A stretch of 53,960 bases of DNA from Chlorobiota bacterium (GTDB lineage Bacteria > Bacteroidota > Ignavibacteria > Kapaibacteriales > UBA2268), in contig JBFHKR010000002.1 in NCBI GenBank assembly GCA_041595255.1, positions 1 to 53,960 of the forward strand, given 5' to 3'. Position 1 is the stretch's first letter. Each line of letters begins with the position of its first letter. Positions 1 to 8,942 of the stretch are shown in pieces. Under the pieces are notes generated by a model. That model made no database searches, was not told where the DNA came from, and saw nothing but the letters and a program-made list of their open reading frames with translations. The position numbers were made by a program, and so were the translations under genes.

Positions 1-1
1 C

Positions 2-2929
2 ATGTTCGCCGGCTCAAAAGACAAAGGAGGATTCTTTAATTATTGGAGAGATACTATACTCCACATTCCAAAATACAAAGCACTTTATGGAAATATAAAT
101 CTGCCTTATACTAAAGTAACACTCACAAGAAAGAATGATTCATTGTATTGTTCTTACATTGATAGAGATGGAAATGAAGGATACAAAGAATCATATCAAA
201 ATTTTCTACCTAATAATATTCTTATCGGTGTAAGTGTTTCTAGTTTCAATGAAAATCAATTTTCAGAATTTATTCTAGATTCGTTCTTGATAAATGATAT
301 TTATACTGATATTCTAAGTTTAGATTTATATGAAGTAAACTATAAAGAGAATGGAGTTGATAAATATTATAAAGAGATACATACCGATTTTAGTATCAAA
401 GATGATGAGTCTATCTATCTTTATAAAGCTACGGAATTGAAAGATAGCGTAAAACTATTACCTATGACTGGTGATGTATCGAATATTATTACAGAAGAAA
501 ACCTTTGGAAAATTACAGATATTACAACGCCTGGTAGTATAAATGGTAAAGGGTATTTAGGAAGAATAGCAAAACCGAAAATTTCTTATTCGAATGGATT
601 TGTTAGAATAACAGGAGCAGATAATTCAGAAATAAGATATACATTAGACAATAGTACCCCAACTTATGAATCTTTGAACTATAACTCGAATACTCAATTA
701 AAAATTAATAGTACAACAATGGTCAAAGCTAAGGTCTATAAGGATCGGTATTTACCTAGTTTTGTACAGTCAGAATTAATTAGAATCAATGAACCAGAAT
801 TCAAACTACCAATCATATCTATTTCTGCTGATTCCATTGATTTATGGGGTGATTATGGAATATTAGTTGAAGACAATCTGAGAATAACTCCTAGAGTAAA
901 CGCAAGTTTTAATTATTATTCAAGTAAGAAAGACATAGCACAGAATATACAGATAAAAATACATGGGAATAATTCTAAATACTATCCACAAAAATCATTT
1001 AGATTATATGCTGATGAAAAAATGGAAAGTAATACTATCAAAAATGATTATTTCAAATCTGTTGTAAATAATTACAGCCAATTAGTTTTCAGAAATAGTG
1101 GTACAGATTGGACTGAGACGTTTCTAAAAGATGCATATAACGGTATTATTTCTAAACAAGTGGGCAGTATTATATCAGCATCATATACACCAGTAATGGC
1201 TTATTTGAATTCTGAATTCTATGGATTATTGAATCTACGTGAAAGATTAAATAGTGGTTTTCTTTCAGAATATTATGGTATAGATGTTAATTCGATTAAT
1301 TATTATGAAGATAATGGTGATTATGTCGGAGGAGATTACTTTAAATATAACAAATACTATAATTTTATACTTGAAAATAAATTTGTTGAAAATGATAAAT
1401 ATGAATTAATTGATTCTTTAATAGAAATCAATAACTTTATGAATTATACTCTAATTGGAATTTATGCTGCTAATTACGATTGGCCATGGAAGAATATAAA
1501 GCTATTCCACTCTGAAGAGCTAGATAATAGGTTTAGGTATTTAATACATGATATGGATTGGACTTATAGTCACTTCGGATATAAACCTTATCAAGACAAA
1601 ATAGGTCTGATGCTGACTGATACATTTAGTCATGTTTCGATAATATTAAAAAGATTTTTAGAAAATGAGAAATTCAAAAATCAGTATTTAACTAGGGCAG
1701 CTGATTTGGTTAACTCTGTTTTTAAACCTAATAATATGTCATATATACTAGATAGTTTAACAGACCAGATAAGAGAATATATCCCTTTGCAACAAGAAAG
1801 ATGGGAAGGGTCTTGTTTAAATTGGGAAGAAAAAATTGATGAGATGAAAGTTTTTCTTGATGAAAGACCAGAGTATTTCATGAAAAACTTCGACATTCAT
1901 TTAAATTCAAATCTCGGAACTTCAATTTTTTCATTATCCACATATCCACCAAATAGTGGAGGATTTCAAGTAAATACTATTACGATTGATACTTCCGTAT
2001 GGAGTGGAAGATACTTCCAAGCATTGCCAATTACTATTACAGCAGTTCCAAAGCACGGTATGAAATTTATAAAATGGAATCATGATTCATTAGGTGCTAA
2101 TCCAACTATCACTACTACGCTACCAGAAAATATAGAATTAGAAGCGATATACGAAAAGATTGATTTTAATGAATTGGATAGAGCTATTGTAATTAATGAG
2201 ATTATGTATAATGCTGATAAAGATCAAGATACTAAAGATTGGGTAGAGCTTTATAATACTGGTAAAGAGGAAGTTAATCTCAAAGGATGGTCAATCATAG
2301 ATGAAGACACAACTCATTCTAAATTTGTAATAGAAGAAGACTTTAAAATCCAACCCAATGAATATGTAATAATAACACGTGAAAAAGAGGATTTCGAAAA
2401 AATTATAATTATCAGTAATAAAAAAACAGGTGATTTCAGTTTCGGGTTAGGTGGTAATGATATAATACGATTAATTGATGAGAAGGGTGTTACTCACGAT
2501 TCAGTAAATTATGATAATGATGCTCCTTGGCCAGTTGGAGCAGATGGTACAGGTTATACTATTGAACTAATAAATCCTATTTTAGACAATAATTTAGGTG
2601 AGAATTGGAAGATAAGTAAGATGAAGTTAGGCACAGCTGGTACTATAAATTCAAATTATGATACACTTCAAACAAATGTCAAAGATAATCTGAATACAGA
2701 TCGCTACGAGATATTTCAATTTAATAGGAATATTACTTTATACTCCGAACACATCATAAATAAGTTTGATATTTTTAATATTACAGGAAGTAATTTGAAC
2801 ATGGAAGTTAAGAGCAAACTTTATGCTAATCAATTAATTCTTGACTTAAGTACATTGAATAGAGGAATATACATATTGCAAGTACAAATTGGAACTAAAA
2901 TGGAAAGTATTAAAATACTATTGAAGTAA
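2..2929 (+). CDS. Secreted CotH-family protein with Fn3-associated and lamin-tail (LTD) domains and a T9SS C-terminal sorting domain; 5' end truncated by the window edge
   Basis: The ORF is open to the window edge and has no signal peptide after the first Met, so the true start lies upstream. It has a CHB_HEX_C/Fn3-associated-like stretch 'IRYTLDNSTPTYES...TTMVKAKVY'. CotH-like core motifs are 'QKSFRLYADEK', 'LVFRNSGTDWTETFLKDAY' and 'YDWPWKNIKLFH'. The LTD signature is 'VINEIMYNADKDQDTKDWVELYNTGKEEVNLKGWSI'. The tail ends 'GIYILQVQIGTKMESIKILLK', as in T9SS type-A CTDs. Confidence 0.75.
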   Translation: MFAGSKDKGGFFNYWRDTILHIPKYKALYGNINLPYTKVTLTRKNDSLYCSYIDRDGNEGYKESYQNFLPNNILIGVSVSSFNENQFSEFILDSFLINDIYTDILSLDLYEVNYKENGVDKYYKEIHTDFSIKDDESIYLYKATELKDSVKLLPMTGDVSNIITEENLWKITDITTPGSINGKGYLGRIAKPKISYSNGFVRITGADNSEIRYTLDNSTPTYESLNYNSNTQLKINSTTMVKAKVYKDRYLPSFVQSELIRINEPEFKLPIISISADSIDLWGDYGILVEDNLRITPRVNASFNYYSSKKDIAQNIQIKIHGNNSKYYPQKSFRLYADEKMESNTIKNDYFKSVVNNYSQLVFRNSGTDWTETFLKDAYNGIISKQVGSIISASYTPVMAYLNSEFYGLLNLRERLNSGFLSEYYGIDVNSINYYEDNGDYVGGDYFKYNKYYNFILENKFVENDKYELIDSLIEINNFMNYTLIGIYAANYDWPWKNIKLFHSEELDNRFRYLIHDMDWTYSHFGYKPYQDKIGLMLTDTFSHVSIILKRFLENEKFKNQYLTRAADLVNSVFKPNNMSYILDSLTDQIREYIPLQQERWEGSCLNWEEKIDEMKVFLDERPEYFMKNFDIHLNSNLGTSIFSLSTYPPNSGGFQVNTITIDTSVWSGRYFQALPITITAVPKHGMKFIKWNHDSLGANPTITTTLPENIELEAIYEKIDFNELDRAIVINEIMYNADKDQDTKDWVELYNTGKEEVNLKGWSIIDEDTTHSKFVIEEDFKIQPNEYVIITREKEDFEKIIIISNKKTGDFSFGLGGNDIIRLIDEKGVTHDSVNYDNDAPWPVGADGTGYTIELINPILDNNLGENWKISKMKLGTAGTINSNYDTLQTNVKDNLNTDRYEIFQFNRNITLYSEHIINKFDIFNITGSNLNMEVKSKLYANQLILDLSTLNRGIYILQVQIGTKMESIKILLK

Positions 2930-4510
2930 AGTTTTTTTAAGAAATAAAATTCTTGCTGGTACAACTGAGAAACTATGGAATCCTTTGTTGACAAGTAGTT
3001 TCAATGATTCTTCATCACTAGCGATTTGCCCGCAAATAACTAATTCTTTTTCTTTTTTTACGCAAACTTTTTTGATTCTATTCAACAAATGTATAAATGA
3101 TTTGTTACTATAGTCAAGATATTCTTTAACATGTTCATTGTTTCTATCAGCAGCAAAGTAATATTGCATTAAGTCATTTGTACCTATACTGATAAAGTCA
3201 GATATGTTAACTATTTGTTCTATAAGTGCTGCTGCTGAAGGTGTTTCTATCATTGTGCCTACTTTAGGCATTTGAATTTTCAATTCATTCGATATTTTTA
3301 AAATAATATTTTTAATTTCATTCACTTCTTCTGTAAATGTAACCATAGGTATTAATAACTTAACATTCCCATTAACAGAAGCTCTTATTAATGCGTTAAG
3401 TTGTATTTCTAATAAGTGTTTGTTTTTTAATAGATATCTAACTCCTCTTAAACCTAGTGCTGGATTATTTTCTTTCTCATCATTCAAATTGAGTTTGTCA
3501 TACCCAAAATCAAATAATCTAAAAGTAACGGTTTTAGGATAAATACTTTCAGCTATTCTATTATATATATCATACTGAATATCTTCTTCAAAAATCTCTT
3601 CTATTTCATGTACTAAGTTCTCGGTTCTAACTAGTCCTATTCCATCCGCATTGTTAATTAGAGTATTTTCAAGATCAATCATATTATTGATATTAGAGTA
3701 AAATCTAATTTTTGTCCCTTTTTTACTCTTAATGTGAGTATCTTTAAAATCCTGATAAGATTTTATTTCTTCGTCTACTAGCTTTTGCTTTGCTTTATAA
3801 GTTGATTTTGTTTTTCTATCGGGATTGATAATTATATTTCCCAAATAACCATCAATTATAATCTCATCATTGTCTTGTATATAATCTAATAAAGAATTTA
3901 CACCAAAAACTGCAGGTATATTCAAACTTCTTGAAATTATAGATGAGTGTGATAAATTAGAGCCAAACTCAGTAACAAAACCGAGAGCACCATTTTCGTG
4001 AATTTTTAGTATTTCATCTGTATCTAATAAGCTAGTAATAATAATTTTATCTTTAACTGTAGTATAATCAGTTTCTACGTTATTAATGTCTTGTATTAAC
4101 TTATGTTTCAAAAACTGTATATCGTTAACTTTGATAATAGATAAACTATTACCATTATTACTAATTAACTCTAAATAGGTTGCGAAAAATTCTTCAATCG
4201 CAATCTCACATCTCTTACCATTATTAATCAATTTTGTAATACCATTAGTTAGTTCTTCATCTTGCAAGAACATAATTTCTGATTCTATAATTGATTTTAT
4301 CTTTTCTTTATGTTTATATTTTTCAATAATTCGTTCTGAATCTTTTATTAAAGAATTCTTTGCTAAATCAAACTTGGCTTTCTCAACTTGAGGGTCAAAT
4401 ACTTTTAAAGCTTTCAATTCGTTCAGATTTCTTGCAAAATCTAATCTTTTTGCTTTTCCAATTACTATTCCTTTAGAGATTGCTATCCCAGTAATTTTGT
4501 GATTAAGCAT
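2918..4510 (-). CDS. ptsI: Phosphoenolpyruvate-protein phosphotransferase (PTS enzyme I)
   Basis: 530 aa. The phospho-His motif is 'GSNLSHSSIISRSLNIPAV'. PEP-utilising barrel motifs are 'GLVRTE', 'NPALGLRGVR', 'IGTNDLMQY' and 'VICGQIASD'. Its start overlaps the ptsH stop by 1 nt. Confidence 0.9.
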   Translation of the reverse strand: MLNHKITGIAISKGIVIGKAKRLDFARNLNELKALKVFDPQVEKAKFDLAKNSLIKDSERIIEKYKHKEKIKSIIESEIMFLQDEELTNGITKLINNGKRCEIAIEEFFATYLELISNNGNSLSIIKVNDIQFLKHKLIQDINNVETDYTTVKDKIIITSLLDTDEILKIHENGALGFVTEFGSNLSHSSIISRSLNIPAVFGVNSLLDYIQDNDEIIIDGYLGNIIINPDRKTKSTYKAKQKLVDEEIKSYQDFKDTHIKSKKGTKIRFYSNINNMIDLENTLINNADGIGLVRTENLVHEIEEIFEEDIQYDIYNRIAESIYPKTVTFRLFDFGYDKLNLNDEKENNPALGLRGVRYLLKNKHLLEIQLNALIRASVNGNVKLLIPMVTFTEEVNEIKNIILKISNELKIQMPKVGTMIETPSAAALIEQIVNISDFISIGTNDLMQYYFAADRNNEHVKEYLDYSNKSFIHLLNRIKKVCVKKEKELVICGQIASDEESLKLLVNKGFHSFSVVPARILFLKKTLLQ

Positions 4511-4779
4511 TAGATTGGTTCTCCAAATCCTGACTGAAATAGTTCTTTTATTTCTTTAGCCATTTCATTCTCGTCAATTCCATTAATCTCAAAAGAAAGT
4601 ATACTGCCAACTTCCGCGGCTAATGTCATAACCCCAATAATTGATTTCCCATTTATTTGCATACCATCTTTCTCAATAAATACATCTGATTTATATTTTG
4701 AGGTAAGTTTAACCAAAGTTGCAGCAGGTCTCGTATGTAAACCAGCTCTGTTAACAACTGAAACTTCAAATACTATCAT
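4510..4779 (-). CDS. ptsH: Phosphocarrier protein HPr
   Basis: 89 aa. The His15 site is 'GLHTRPAA' and the Ser46 site is 'NGKSIIGVMTL'. It overlaps tsaC by 4 nt and ptsI by 1 nt. Confidence 0.9.
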   Translation of the reverse strand: MIVFEVSVVNRAGLHTRPAATLVKLTSKYKSDVFIEKDGMQINGKSIIGVMTLAAEVGSILSFEINGIDENEMAKEIKELFQSGFGEPI

Positions 4780-5396
4780 AAATTTATACTCTTTTTAATT
4801 TCCTCAAAAGAAATTACACCTTCTCTAATAAAAACTATTTCTTTTTCTTTTAACTGAATAATTGAAGAACTGATACTTTTATTTCCACAATCAATATCAA
4901 TTAAAATATCTGAAAATTTGTTAGCAAAATCTTCTATTTCAGATTTTTCTGTTATTACAGGCATTCCAGATAGATTGCAAGACGTAGATGCTATTGGGAA
5001 ACCTAGATAATCAATCAATTCTAATAAATATTTGCAACTACTATATCTGAAGGCTACTGTTTCCAGTTTAGCAGTTACAAAATCTGGCACATTCTTTTTT
5101 TCCAAAACTATGGATAGTGGACCTGGTAAATATTTATCAGATATCTTTTTCCAAACTTCATAGTTTTCTATTTTACCAAAATTTTCAAAATCAGATAGTT
5201 GCGATACTTGTATTTGCAAAGGGACCGAGGTGTTTCTACCTTTTATCTCATACAAACGTGATACTGCCTTTTCATTATCAAACTTACAACCAATTCCCCA
5301 AACCGTCTCCGTTGGGAAAACAATTATACCATTATTATTAAGAACTGATTTTATCAATTCTAAATTATTATTGTTTATTTCCGTTATCGTATTCAT
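4776..5396 (-). CDS. tsaC: L-threonylcarbamoyladenylate synthase (YrdC/TsaC type, no Sua5 C-terminal domain)
   Basis: 206 aa. YrdC-fold motifs are 'IIVFPTETVWGIGC', 'PGPLSIVL' and 'VAFRYSS'. Confidence 0.85.
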   Translation of the reverse strand: MNTITEINNNNLELIKSVLNNNGIIVFPTETVWGIGCKFDNEKAVSRLYEIKGRNTSVPLQIQVSQLSDFENFGKIENYEVWKKISDKYLPGPLSIVLEKKNVPDFVTAKLETVAFRYSSCKYLLELIDYLGFPIASTSCNLSGMPVITEKSEIEDFANKFSDILIDIDCGNKSISSSIIQLKEKEIVFIREGVISFEEIKKSINL

Positions 5397-5428
5397 ATTC
5401 TGTAAAATTAATAATAATTAAGCTTTTT

Positions 5429-6715
5429 ATGAAGACTATATTTTGGTTTAGACGAGATTTGAGATTAAAAGATAATATTGGATTACATCATGCTTTAAAA
5501 AATAATCATGAAGTAACACCTATTTTTATATTTGATGAAAACATAATCAAAGAACTTCCCAAAAATGATAAAAGAATAAACTATATCTACTCAGAAATTG
5601 AGACTATCAAAAATAGTCTTAATAAAATTGATTCAGATTTATTAGTTTTTAAAGGAATACCAGAAAATATATTCAAGGAATTAATTTCTGAAAATCATAT
5701 TGAAAAAGTCTATACTAATCATGACTATGAACCTTATGGGATAGATAGAGATGAAAAGATAAAAAAACTTTTGGATAAAAATGGGATTGAATTTAATACA
5801 TTTAAAGATCAAGTAATATTTGAAAAAGATGAAATCCTAAAATCCAATGGAAAACCTTATTTAGTTTTTACACCTTATTCGAAAATTTGGAAAAGTGAAC
5901 TTAACGAAGTTACGTTGAAAAATCATAGCATTAATAATTTTAAATCAAACTTTAAAAAATATGATAATAAGAGTCAATTGATATCTTTAGAATTGTTAGG
6001 CTTCGAAAAAGTTAAATTAAAAACATCCAATAAAGAATTAAACTTGGATGTAATCAGTAATTATGAAAATACTAGAGATTTTCCCGCCATAGAAGGTACA
6101 AGTAATATGAGCGTACATCTAAGATTTGGTACTGTTTCAATTAGAGAATTAGTTAGTAAAGCTTTGGAAACTAACGAGAAATATCTAAATGAGTTGATTT
6201 GGAGAGAGTTTTTTATGTCCATACTTTATCATTTCCCAAATACTGTATCAGAAAATTTTCATCAAAAGTATAACAAAATGGAATGGAGAAATAATGAAAA
6301 TGAATTCATTGCTTGGTGTGAAGGCAAAACAGGTTACCCTTTAGTAGATGCTGGGATGAGGGAGTTGAATGAAACAGGGCTAATGCATAACAGAGTTAGA
6401 ATGGTAGTTGCTAATTTTCTAACTAAGTTGTTGCTAATTGATTGGAGGTGGGGAGAGGAGTATTTTGCAAAAAAACTTTTAGATTATGAACTATCTTCTA
6501 ATGTTGGTAATTGGCAGTGGGCAGCAGGTACTGGAGTAGATGCAGCACCTTATTTTAGAATATTCAGACCCGATACTCAAGTCGAAAGATTTGATAAAAA
6601 TTTAGAATACATTAAAAAATGGATTCCAGATTATAAAAAAGATTATTTAGAACCGATAGTAGATTATAAGCAAGCCAGACAAAGAGCTCTAGAAAGTTAT
6701 AAAAGAATTATGTAA
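5429..6715 (+). CDS. phr: Deoxyribodipyrimidine photolyase / cryptochrome family flavoprotein
   Basis: 428 aa. The N-terminal motif is 'FWFRRDLRLKDNIGL'. FAD-binding region motifs are 'WREFF', 'TGYPLVDAGMRELNETGLMHNRVRMVVANFL' and 'DWRWGEEYFAKKLLDYELSSNVGNWQWAAGTG'. Confidence 0.85.
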   Translation: MKTIFWFRRDLRLKDNIGLHHALKNNHEVTPIFIFDENIIKELPKNDKRINYIYSEIETIKNSLNKIDSDLLVFKGIPENIFKELISENHIEKVYTNHDYEPYGIDRDEKIKKLLDKNGIEFNTFKDQVIFEKDEILKSNGKPYLVFTPYSKIWKSELNEVTLKNHSINNFKSNFKKYDNKSQLISLELLGFEKVKLKTSNKELNLDVISNYENTRDFPAIEGTSNMSVHLRFGTVSIRELVSKALETNEKYLNELIWREFFMSILYHFPNTVSENFHQKYNKMEWRNNENEFIAWCEGKTGYPLVDAGMRELNETGLMHNRVRMVVANFLTKLLLIDWRWGEEYFAKKLLDYELSSNVGNWQWAAGTGVDAAPYFRIFRPDTQVERFDKNLEYIKKWIPDYKKDYLEPIVDYKQARQRALESYKRIM

Positions 6716-6828
6716 TTTAGCAATTATACATTTTTTAATGCAAGTAGTTTTCAAAAAGTTATCTTTTTAGGAAATATTTTTTTATTTTGAAATTCAAAAA
6801 ATCTTTAAAAACTAATTCCCTATATATT

Positions 6829-6835
6829 GGGGGAG
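6829..6835 (+). promoter_or_regulatory. Shine-Dalgarno-like GGGGGAG 5 nt upstream of the preferred OmpA-family start (6841)
   Basis: The purine-rich GGGGGAG lies directly before the ATG at 6841. That ATG opens a typical signal peptide, 'MNKLLTFLILSIISISPLFSQ'. Confidence 0.6.
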
Positions 6836-6840
6836 ACAGA

Positions 6841-8895
6841 ATGAACAAACTATTGACCTTTTTAATTTTATCGATAATTTCAATAAGCCCATTATTCTCT
6901 CAAGAATATGCAGAGGAACCATATACTCCTAGAGACAGTTATGGAGTTTTTGCTGGTTTCGGATTAAACCTACATAGTGCTGATTTCAAAAGTTTTGCAG
7001 AAATACCTAGTTGTTGTCCCGGATACGAGACTGGCTCAGGAGTTGGACTTAATATAGGAGCTTTTTATTCATTTCCATTAGGTGATCTTATAGATTTATC
7101 ACTAAGAGCAAAATATATGCAATTAGGAGGTGAATTATCGAGGATTGAGGAAGAATTAGGTACAACTTTAAGTGGTGATAGACAGACTCTTCAATTTGAA
7201 CATAGGTTTGATGCAGCAATTACTTCTGTAGCATTGGAACCTTTGCTTGAATTTAAATTATCTAATGAATTTAGGTTAAGAGGAGGTTTTCGAATAGGTT
7301 ATTTACTAAATGGAAATCTAAATGAACATGTCGAAGAAGTAGTTTCTCCAAGTAATGGTCTATTTGTAGATGAAAATGGAAATACTTCCCGTTCGAGAAA
7401 TAGCTATGAAGGAGAGATACCCTCATTATCGACTTTAGATGCTGCTATTGTATTTGGAGCTTCTTATGACTTACCTTTGAATAGTTCTTATACATTATTC
7501 TTAGTACCATTTGTCGATATGTCACTAGGTTTGACTTCTTTCGTTCCGGATTTTGGATGGACTTCAAATTCAATAGCCGGTGGTTTAGGACTTAGATATG
7601 CTCCTAGAGACATAATTAAAAAGAAAGAAATATTACCACCACCACCACCGCCACCACCACCACCATTACCACCACCACCACCGCCACCTGCTGTACCGCA
7701 GCTAGATGCGTCTATTTTGGCAGTGTCTGTTAATGAAAATGGTCAAGAAAGTGACGTAAGTTCAATCAAAGTTGAAGAATTCTTCTTAAATAGAATTCAT
7801 CCACTTCTGAATTATGTATTCTTTGGCGAGAATTCTTCGGAAATTCCAAAAAGATATTCTAGAATCAGTGATGCAGAGAAAGAGAATTTCTCATTTAAGC
7901 AGTTATTTGATTTGAAAACTATGGAAGTTTACTATGAGATATTAAATATAGTAGGTAAAAGGATGCAATTCTATCCTCAAGCTAGACTTGAGCTTATAGG
8001 TTGTAATTCGGATCAAGGTTTAGAAAAAGATAAAATTAGCTTATCAAAAGATAGAGCTGAGACAGTTAAACGATATCTAGTAGATGAATGGGACATAGAT
8101 CCTAGTAGAATTAATGTTAAAGCTCAAAATTTACCAGAAAATCCTTCTAATGTCAATGAACCAGATGGAATTGTTGAAAATAGAAGAGTTGAGATGAACG
8201 CTAATATACCTCAAATCTTTGAGCCGATGAATATCAAGGATACTTTGAGAACATCTAACCCTCCTCATATTAGGTTCAAACCAGTTGTTAATTCTGCAGT
8301 TGGTGCCAATAGATGGAAGATTATAACTTACCAAAATGGTAAGGAATTGAAAACATTTAGTGGTAATGGTGAAATTCCAAAGGCTATTGAGTGGGATTTG
8401 GAATTAGAAAAAGAACAAGACTATATACCAACGCTGGATAGACCTTTACAGTATAGACTACAAATAATTGATAATGATAATAAAATGTGGGAATCTGCAA
8501 TACAAGAACTTCCTGTAGAACAAGTTACAATTGAGTATAAGTTTGAAAATGTACTTCCTGATAAGGAATTTGATATTTACTCAATGATTGGTTTTGGTTA
8601 TAATCAAGCCGAATTAAATGAAAGAAATATATTTATTGCAGACAAAGCAAAACAAAGATTAAGAAGTTATTCTATTCCTGATATCATTGGATATTCTGAT
8701 AGATTAGGTAATGAAATAGCAAATCAAAAACTTTCTCAGAGAAGAGCCTACAATGTAGCAGAGTTCTTATCTCTAAACCCTGAAACGACAGCTCGTGGGT
8801 TGGGAGAGAAAAAACTGTTGTATGATAATGATTATCCTGAAGGAAGATTCTATAGTAGAACAGTTGTAATTAGTATAATTACTCCAATTGAGTAA
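6841..8895 (+). CDS. OmpA-family outer-membrane protein: N-terminal beta-barrel, poly-proline linker, two OmpA_C-like peptidoglycan-binding domains
   Basis: The ORF track begins at 6787, but 6841 has an SD and a signal peptide. The barrel region shows an alternating hydrophobic pattern, e.g. 'GVFAGFGLNLHSADF' and 'GGLGLRYAP'. The linker is 'PPPPPPPPPPLPPPPPPP'. OmpA_C-like domain 1 is 'RLELIGCNSDQG...SLSKDRAETVKRYL...NRRVEM'. Domain 2 is 'IIGYSDRLGNEIANQKLSQRRAYNVAEFL'. Confidence 0.8.
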   Translation: MNKLLTFLILSIISISPLFSQEYAEEPYTPRDSYGVFAGFGLNLHSADFKSFAEIPSCCPGYETGSGVGLNIGAFYSFPLGDLIDLSLRAKYMQLGGELSRIEEELGTTLSGDRQTLQFEHRFDAAITSVALEPLLEFKLSNEFRLRGGFRIGYLLNGNLNEHVEEVVSPSNGLFVDENGNTSRSRNSYEGEIPSLSTLDAAIVFGASYDLPLNSSYTLFLVPFVDMSLGLTSFVPDFGWTSNSIAGGLGLRYAPRDIIKKKEILPPPPPPPPPPLPPPPPPPAVPQLDASILAVSVNENGQESDVSSIKVEEFFLNRIHPLLNYVFFGENSSEIPKRYSRISDAEKENFSFKQLFDLKTMEVYYEILNIVGKRMQFYPQARLELIGCNSDQGLEKDKISLSKDRAETVKRYLVDEWDIDPSRINVKAQNLPENPSNVNEPDGIVENRRVEMNANIPQIFEPMNIKDTLRTSNPPHIRFKPVVNSAVGANRWKIITYQNGKELKTFSGNGEIPKAIEWDLELEKEQDYIPTLDRPLQYRLQIIDNDNKMWESAIQELPVEQVTIEYKFENVLPDKEFDIYSMIGFGYNQAELNERNIFIADKAKQRLRSYSIPDIIGYSDRLGNEIANQKLSQRRAYNVAEFLSLNPETTARGLGEKKLLYDNDYPEGRFYSRTVVISIITPIE
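7636..7689 (+). repeat. CCN (mostly CCA) trinucleotide tract encoding P10-L-P7
   Basis: The sequence is cca cca cca cca ccg cca cca cca cca cca tta cca cca cca cca ccg cca cct. The unit (cca)4-ccg-cca occurs twice. This is the most GC-rich short stretch in an AT-rich window. Confidence 0.95.
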
Positions 8896-8942
8896 TGTAA
8901 TTATTAGTCGACTGAACTGTTATTAAAAATAAAGAAATTAAA

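Noticed and set aside
5117-5421. Two plus-strand ORFs (74 and 63 aa) in the track
   Set aside because: They lie entirely antisense to the well-supported tsaC gene. Their composition is low-complexity and typical of AT-rich antisense frames.
5429-6715. Photolyase gene as a truncated pseudogene (428 aa, against about 470 aa for class I enzymes)
   Set aside because: The reading frame is intact. Both the N-terminal and the FAD-binding C-terminal motifs are present. The shorter length fits a compact inter-domain linker.
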